DNA of 64,000 bases from an uncultured bacterium (lineage in GTDB: Bacteria; Patescibacteriota; Minisyncoccia; Phycocordibacterales; Phycocordibacteraceae): NCBI GenBank assembly GCA_963759775.1, contig CAVXAH010000001.1, positions 144,682 through 208,681 of the forward strand. Reading direction: 5' to 3'. This document shows positions 58,487 to 64,000 of the stretch, piece by piece (position 1 is the first letter of the stretch; each line of letters opens with the position of its first letter). The translations under genes and the position numbers were made by a program. The notes beneath the pieces were generated by a model that worked only from the letters and a program-made list of their open reading frames with translations, did not search any database and had not been told where the DNA came from.

Positions 58487-58903
58487 ATGGAAACTTTTTT
58501 GAGACCCCTCGAGGAGCTTGCGCTGCGCGTAATCCCCGAGCGAACTGCTCACAAATACCGCGAACTCTTCCTTCCGAAAACCGTTGCTGTTATGCGGGAC
58601 GTATGGGAAAAGCTACTTCTCAAGCAGGGGCAGCGGCTCGAACAGTTGACCCAGCTCGCAAATGCGTTTGAGGGTGACTTTCCTCAAGCGCTCGAGACCC
58701 CCTCTCCCGAGTCGGTTGACTCTGTACAGGAGGTGCTCGTCTTTCTGAACAAGTTGGACGAAGCCTTACTCCGGTGTGCTGAAGAAGAGGCCGATACACC
58801 AACGCGCGAGGTCTTAGGGCGAATCATGGTGCAGGTGAAGCGGAAACTCCGCGGCATCAGCAACTACTGCGAGGACTTGTACAGAACGTTGACGGGGCAA
58901 TAA
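58487..58903 (+). CDS. hypothetical 138 aa helical protein
   Basis: METFLRPLEELALRV.... The first in-frame ATG lies after the upstream terminator, and GGGAG lies 7 nt upstream. No domain was recognised. Confidence 0.4.
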   Translation: METFLRPLEELALRVIPERTAHKYRELFLPKTVAVMRDVWEKLLLKQGQRLEQLTQLANAFEGDFPQALETPSPESVDSVQEVLVFLNKLDEALLRCAEEEADTPTREVLGRIMVQVKRKLRGISNYCEDLYRTLTGQ

Positions 58904-58916
58904 ATGCCCTTTTGCC

Positions 58917-58947
58917 AAAGCCCCCTATAAAACGGGGGCTTTTTTCT
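58917..58947. terminator. rho-independent terminator between convergent genes
   Basis: The sequence is aaagccccc-tataaaac-gggggcttttttc. Confidence 0.8.
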
Positions 58948-61053
58948 TATACGTCTAGGTTCGCGAGTTTTGCGTTGCTTTGTATAAAACTTTTGCGAGA
59001 AGGGACATCGGTTCCCATGAGGATGTCAAAAATACGATCTGCTTCTTGAGCGTCGTCTATCTTTACCTGCTTCAAGACGCGACGGTTCGGGTCCATCGTT
59101 GTCTCCCAAAGTTCAGACGGGTTCATCTCTCCAAGACCTTTGTATCGCTGGATATTTACCTTCGCGGCTTTCTTGGCGACAGCGACCTCCCCTTCTACGG
59201 CATCTTCTCCCTCAGTTGGGTTCTCCGAAAGTTCAGACGCTTTGACACCAAGTGTTTTCAAAGCTTTATCCTTTTCAGCATCTGTGTACACGTACTTCAC
59301 TTCCTTACCGCGCGAGATTTTGTACAACGGTGGCTGGGCGATGTAGACATACCCGCCGTCGATAATCGGGCGGAAGTGGCGATACAAAAGTGTAAGCAAG
59401 AGCGTGCGAATGTGTGCACCGTCTACGTCGGCGTCGGTCGCGATAATTATTTTGTGGTAGCGGAGTTTGTGATAGGTCAAAGACATCGCCAATGGCAGTA
59501 CCCATCGCAATCACAAGGTTCCTGATTTGCATGGAGTGCGAGCATCGGTCAATGCGCGCGCGCTCCACGTTCAAAATCTTTCCGCGAAGCGGAAGAATCG
59601 CCTGGGTACGGCGGTCACTCCCTGTCTTTGCGGTGCCACCTGCGGAATCTCCTTCCACAATGAATAGCTCTGCCTCTTCCGGCGACTTTTTACTTGGCAG
59701 TCAGCAAGTTTGCCCGGAAGCGTCATGCCTTCGAGCGCGCCCTTGCGGAGCACGGAGTCTTTCGCGGCCTTTGGCGGCTTTACGCGCCTTAAGCGCAAGC
59801 AATACCTTGTTTACGATTGACCGCGCGTCGTCCGGGTTCTCCTCAAGATACATCGCTGAAAATGCCTCCCCAAAGACGGTGGCGACGGCGCTTTGCTGCC
59901 TCAACCGAACCAAGCTTTGCTTTGGTCTGTCCTTCAAACTGAATCTCCGGAAGTTTTACGGAAATAACGGCTGTGATGACCCTCAAGCACATCATCGCCC
60001 GTAAAGTTCTCATCTTTTTCTTTCAGGATGTTTGCATTCCGACCATAGGCATTGAGTGTACGGGTAAGCGCTGTTTTAAAACCCGTGACATGTGTACCGC
60101 CTTCGCTGTTGTAGGTGTTGTTCGCAAAAGCAGTAATGCGCGGCGTGATGTCGTCTACGTATTGAAGTGCCACTTCTACCATTACTTCTTCTTTTGCTCC
60201 CTCAGGCTTCACGGAACGGTCAATATAGAAAATATTCTTGTGTACCGCTGCTTGATGCTTGTTATAAAATGCGACGAGCGATTTCAGACCGCCTTCAAAA
60301 TAAAACGACATCGACGGGACCTCGAGTGGAGGTCTCGCGGAGATAGAAAGTCTCCTCGTCCTCACAAGCTTCTCTGCGCTACGCGCATCAATGACCGTGA
60401 TGCGCTACGCCTTTCACGAGATACGCCTGCTGGCGCAAGTGCGAGACGATCTTCTCCCAGTTCCAGAGAATACCGTCAGTGAAAATCGTGTCATCCGGCT
60501 TGAAAACGACGACCGTGCCGTGAAGCTTTGAGGTGCCGATTTTCTTTACCTTTCCAAGCGCCTTTCCGATTTTGTATGCCTGCGTGTGAATTCCTCCGTC
60601 CTGGTGCACAAACACTTTCGTATCAACCGAAAGAGCGTTCACGACGGAGGCGCCGACGCCGTGAAGACCGCCTGAGACTTTGTATCCGCTTCCCTCTCCG
60701 CCGAACTTTCCCCCGGCGTGGAGCGTTGTCATCACCGTCTCAAGTGCCGAGACTTTTGTTTTTGCATGAATACCAACCGGAATACCGCGGCCGTTGTCTA
60801 CCACGCGTACGTAACCATCCGGCAGAAGCGCTACCTCAATTTCGCTTGCGTGTCCGCCCATCGCCTCGTCGCGCGCGTTATCAAAAATCTCCCAAATCAG
60901 GTGGTGGAGACCATCGGGACCAGTCGTCCCGATATACATTCCGGGGCGCTTTCGGACCGGCTCAAGACCCTCAAGAACGGTAATAGAAGAGGCGTCATAT
61001 GAGGCGCCTTTTGCTGCCCTATTTTTTTGCTCTTTTTCTGCTGTTTTAGCCAT
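58947..61053 (-). pseudogene. gyrB: DNA gyrase subunit B, reading frame interrupted about 6 times
   Basis: The GHKL ATPase N-terminus (VRKRPGMYIG, DNGRGIP, LHGVGASVVNALS) is in 60388-61053. The transducer is in 59934-60365. TOPRIM (EGDSAGG) is in 59305-59658. The tail ([26 protein letters not shown]) is in 58947-59510. Confidence 0.9.
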
Positions 61054-61123
61054 ATAAATCGGAGCTTTTCTACCCTTTTAGTATAGCATGAAAATAGCCT
61101 CTATTGTGCTACACTTGGCCACT

Positions 61124-62278
61124 ATGAATATAGAGATTTCACGAGCGGAGGAAGACCGTTTGCGCCTTGAACTTGAGGCGCGTGGAGACATTGATGCGGT
61201 GCGGATGAAGCGGTATCTCGCCATGCCCGACCTCTCCCGCACAGAGGGCTCTCCCTTGCATGAAATCGTGACGCGCGTGAAGGCACTTCCCGTCTTCAAA
61301 GGTTTTGACGACATCCGAATCCCCGAGATCGTTCCTGCATCAATTTCGTTTGATCTGTTTGATTTCCCGGCGAACCACCCCGCGCGGTCTAAATCAGATA
61401 CGTACTACGTTGATGAACAAAATATTTTGCGCACGCACGATACCGTCTTTTGGTACTACTACCTCAATCACCCAGCCATAAAAGAACGCATCGCAAAGAA
61501 GGAGTCCATGGGCACACTCTGCTACGGGAAAGTGTATAGAAAAGACGAGATTGATCGCAGACACATGAACATCTTCCATCAGATGGGTGGATGGTTCATT
61601 ACACCGGAATCCGAAAAGCTTGAGCTGGATGATCTAAAGAACGCCCTCTCGCAAGTCGTGAAAAGCGTGTTTGGTGAACGATACGAAATTTCGTTTCAAT
61701 CCAGACACCTTCCCGTACACGGATCCCGTCTCTTGAGGTTGAGGTGGGCGTCACGGGTGCTGCAGCACAAGCTGCCGGAAGCGAATGGATCGAAATCTTG
61801 GGAGGCGGTATGCCTAAGCCAAGCGTGTTTGCGAAACTGGGCGTCACCGGCTACCGCGGCTGGGCCTTCGGCTTTGGTCTTGAGCGGCTCGCGATTATCG
61901 GCACCGAGGTGCCGGACATTCGCCTTTTCTGGAGCGAGGACGAGCGCGTGAAGAAACAACTGCAAACTCGGGCAGAAGTTCGTGGAAGTTTCCAAGTACC
62001 CGCCGGTCGTGCGCGACATTTCTTTTATCGTGAAGAACGACTTCGTGCCAAACAACTATTTTGACCTCGTACGCGAAGTGATTGGGGACACCGCAGAACA
62101 AGTGGCGCTGATAGACAAGTATGAAAACGAAGCGAAGCTGGGGGCAGGCAAGGTGAGTTATGCCTATCGCATAACCTACCGAAGTCTGGACCGCACGCTG
62201 ACGAACGAAGAAGTAAACGCGCTCCACGCCGAGCTAGAGGCCGCAACCATCAAGAATTACCAAGCGGTCATTCGTTAA
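61124..62278 (+). pseudogene. pheS: phenylalanine--tRNA ligase alpha-type catalytic domain fused to a C-terminal FDX-ACB domain (mitochondrial-like single-chain architecture), three single-base insertions
   Basis: Class II core motifs (HPARSKSDTYY, FRKDEIDRRHMNIFHQ, GWAFGFGLERLA) are followed by KYPPVVRDISFIV...GKVSYAYRITYRSLDRTLTNEEVN (FDX-ACB). The frame moves +1 near 61692, 61733 and 61960 and so returns to the original frame. Confidence 0.8.
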
Positions 62279-62306
62279 AAACAGCCTGTGCTATACTCCC
62301 GCAACT

Positions 62307-63551
62307 ATGGGTCCGGAGCTTATTGCTTACCCGTTTCTCTTTATTGCGATTTTCTTTGAATCGTTTATTCTCGTGACGCTTCTGTCGGCGCCGGCAAAAC
62401 TCGCGCGAAAGCGCACAGGAGGCAGAGACGAGGCGCTCCCCACGGTGGCAGTCATTGTTCCCTGCTACAACGAAGCGAGCACGGTCGCGGCCACCTGCGC
62501 ATCACTCCTTGCCCTTTCATATCCAAAAGAAAAACTAGAAGTGATACTTGTTGATGACGGTTCATCAGACGAGACTCCTTTCGCGATGGCGGCGTTTGCG
62601 ACTCATCCACAGGTAAAGATTATCCGCAAAGAAAATGGCGGAAAACACACTGCACTCAACGCTGGTATCGCCGCGACTAAAGCAGACATTGTGGGATGTC
62701 TTGATGCTGACTCCTTTGTTGAACCAGACGCCCTTAAAGAAATGATCCCTTGCTTTAGAGACCCAAATGTCGCCGCGGCAACCGCGGCGATGTCCGTGCA
62801 TGAGCCTCAAAATGTGCTTCAGCATATGCAAAATGCTGAGTATATATTTGGCATTAGCCTCCGCCACTCACTTGCTTCCATCAACGCCATCCACGTAACT
62901 CCTGGCCCCTTTTCTCTCTATCGCAAATCCACTATAGAAGTGGTTGGCGGTTTTCGACATGGCCACCAAACAGAGGATATGGAAATGGCGTTACGGCTAC
63001 AAAAAGAGGGTTATGCCATTGAAAATGCGCCACGCGCGCGGGTGTATACCAAGGCGCCGAGTACGGTCAGCAAACTTATTAAACAGCGTGTGCGCTGGAC
63101 CAGCGGATTTCTCCGGAATGCGCTCAACGAATATCGCGGCTTGATTGGAAACCGTCGGTACGGAACACTCGGAACGCTGGTGCTTCCTTTTGGTCTCCTT
63201 TCGGTCGGCGGCACGGTCGTGTTATTTGGTCTTTCCCTTTTGACGTTCGGTACCCATGCGTTTGCTGCCTACGAGACCCGTATGGGCATCCCGCTCTCCT
63301 ACGCACTTCAAGCGGAACATCTCTCTCTTGACTGGTTCTATCTGCCCGCAAGCTCGTATATGGCGTTTGTCCTCGTTATTTTCTTGGCAGGACTCTTGCT
63401 CACCATTCTCGGCAAACGTCTCTCAAAGACTCCAGGACCTCTCACACTTGGATTCATTGCCTATGCATTTCTCTACGGTCTCATTGCGCCGTTTTGGCTC
63501 ATGAAAGCAACGACTGATCTGGTGCTTGGCAAAAAGCGCGCGTGGCGTTAA
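62307..63551 (+). CDS. processive family 2 glycosyltransferase (cellulose/chitin/PNAG-synthase-like)
   Basis: The GT-A core has VAVIVPCYNE, VDDGSSD, LDADS and the Q(R)xRW motif (QRVRWTSG), with multiple flanking TM helices. Confidence 0.8.
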   Translation: MGPELIAYPFLFIAIFFESFILVTLLSAPAKLARKRTGGRDEALPTVAVIVPCYNEASTVAATCASLLALSYPKEKLEVILVDDGSSDETPFAMAAFATHPQVKIIRKENGGKHTALNAGIAATKADIVGCLDADSFVEPDALKEMIPCFRDPNVAAATAAMSVHEPQNVLQHMQNAEYIFGISLRHSLASINAIHVTPGPFSLYRKSTIEVVGGFRHGHQTEDMEMALRLQKEGYAIENAPRARVYTKAPSTVSKLIKQRVRWTSGFLRNALNEYRGLIGNRRYGTLGTLVLPFGLLSVGGTVVLFGLSLLTFGTHAFAAYETRMGIPLSYALQAEHLSLDWFYLPASSYMAFVLVIFLAGLLLTILGKRLSKTPGPLTLGFIAYAFLYGLIAPFWLMKATTDLVLGKKRAWR

Positions 63552-63570
63552 ATTGAGCGCCCGACCTACC

Positions 63571-64000
63571 TATGTCACTCGCTGCGCGAAACGCCATCAT
63601 CGCTCTCCTCATTACGATTCTTATAATCGGCACGATCGTCTATTCCATCAACTATTTGAATCACGCACGTCTTTCCGAGCTCTCGGCTATTGAAAGCCAG
63701 CTCTCCATAGACACCCTTTCTCTTGATACGCAGTTTTCACTTCTGGAAGCGGCATCTTGTGATTCGGCTGACCAGACGCGCGGGCTTTCAAGCGAGCTTT
63801 CTGACCTTGGTGAACGACTTTCCTTTGCTGAAAACCAGCTCGGTAAGGGCAACGCACAGGTCATCCGTCTCAAACAGCAGTACACACTTCTTGAAATTCG
63901 CGATTATCTCATCACGCGCAAACTCGCAGACGCCTGCAAAACCAACCCCGTGACGGTACTGTACTTCTATTCAAACGCTGGCGACTGTGATAACTGCGAC
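63571..64000 (+). CDS. membrane-anchored hypothetical protein with CxxC motif, 3' end outside the window
   Basis: The ATG at 63571 gives MSLAARNAIIALLITILIIGTIVYSI... then ...VLYFYSNAGDCDNCD (thioredoxin-like CxxC context). The frame stays open to the window edge. Confidence 0.45.

Overview
This 64 kb window looks like chromosomal DNA from a reduced-genome bacterium using the standard genetic code. The gene content suggests a Candidate Phyla Radiation / Patescibacteria (Parcubacteria-like) organism; this is inference from gene content only, since no database was searched. From left to right it contains:
- a type IV pilus / T2SS-like cluster (two pseudopilins, PilC, PilB, CheY-like receiver);
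- an envelope-glycan block (GT2, GT4, DedA, 3D-domain protein, UppP, three GH130 phosphorylase modules, a PMM-like HAD enzyme);
- a PIF1/RecD-like helicase;
- a three-gene sortase module;
- an FAD oxidase, an RRM RNA-binding protein, prmC, hisS, a DEDD exonuclease, DsbA and a PD-(D/E)XK nuclease;
- rpoD-dnaG, rpoC-rpoB, trmD-KH-rpsP, rnr, a short SMC-like ATPase, perM, rnc, a nusB-Nudix fusion, rpmF, a collagen-like protein, rnhB, dnaE and thrS;
- a second sortase locus with a 750 aa poly-proline / Ig-repeat surface protein;
- gyrB, pheS and a processive GT2.

No rRNA, tRNA, CRISPR array, transposase or integrase was recognised.

The most notable observations are:
1. The perM/rnc convergent junction holds two different one-gene HTH cassettes in tandem. 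Each is bounded by its own diverged copy of both flanking gene 3' ends, so this is an integration or recombination hotspot.
2. A 79 aa gene overlapping a sortase gene encodes only a signal peptide plus a PxTG sorting signal, which predicts an 11 aa mature peptide.
3. A 77 nt intergenic element with a covarying hairpin precedes both the helicase and the nuclease, 10.7 kb apart.
4. A second small palindromic repeat family is present, with four intergenic members.
5. Several structured non-coding regions are present. One carries RNase P-like CR-I/CR-V motifs.
6. Many first genes have a -10-like hexamer only 6-9 nt upstream of the ATG and no Shine-Dalgarno sequence, which suggests leaderless mRNAs.
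7. More than 30 single-nucleotide frame disruptions are confined to dnaG, the rpoC 5' end, rpoB, rnr, gyrB and pheS, while neighbouring long genes are intact. This is most likely a sequence-quality problem, but it needs checking.
8. Unusual protein architectures include a mitochondrial-type PheS+FDX-ACB, a ThrRS without an editing domain, NusB-Nudix and a hinge-less SMC.
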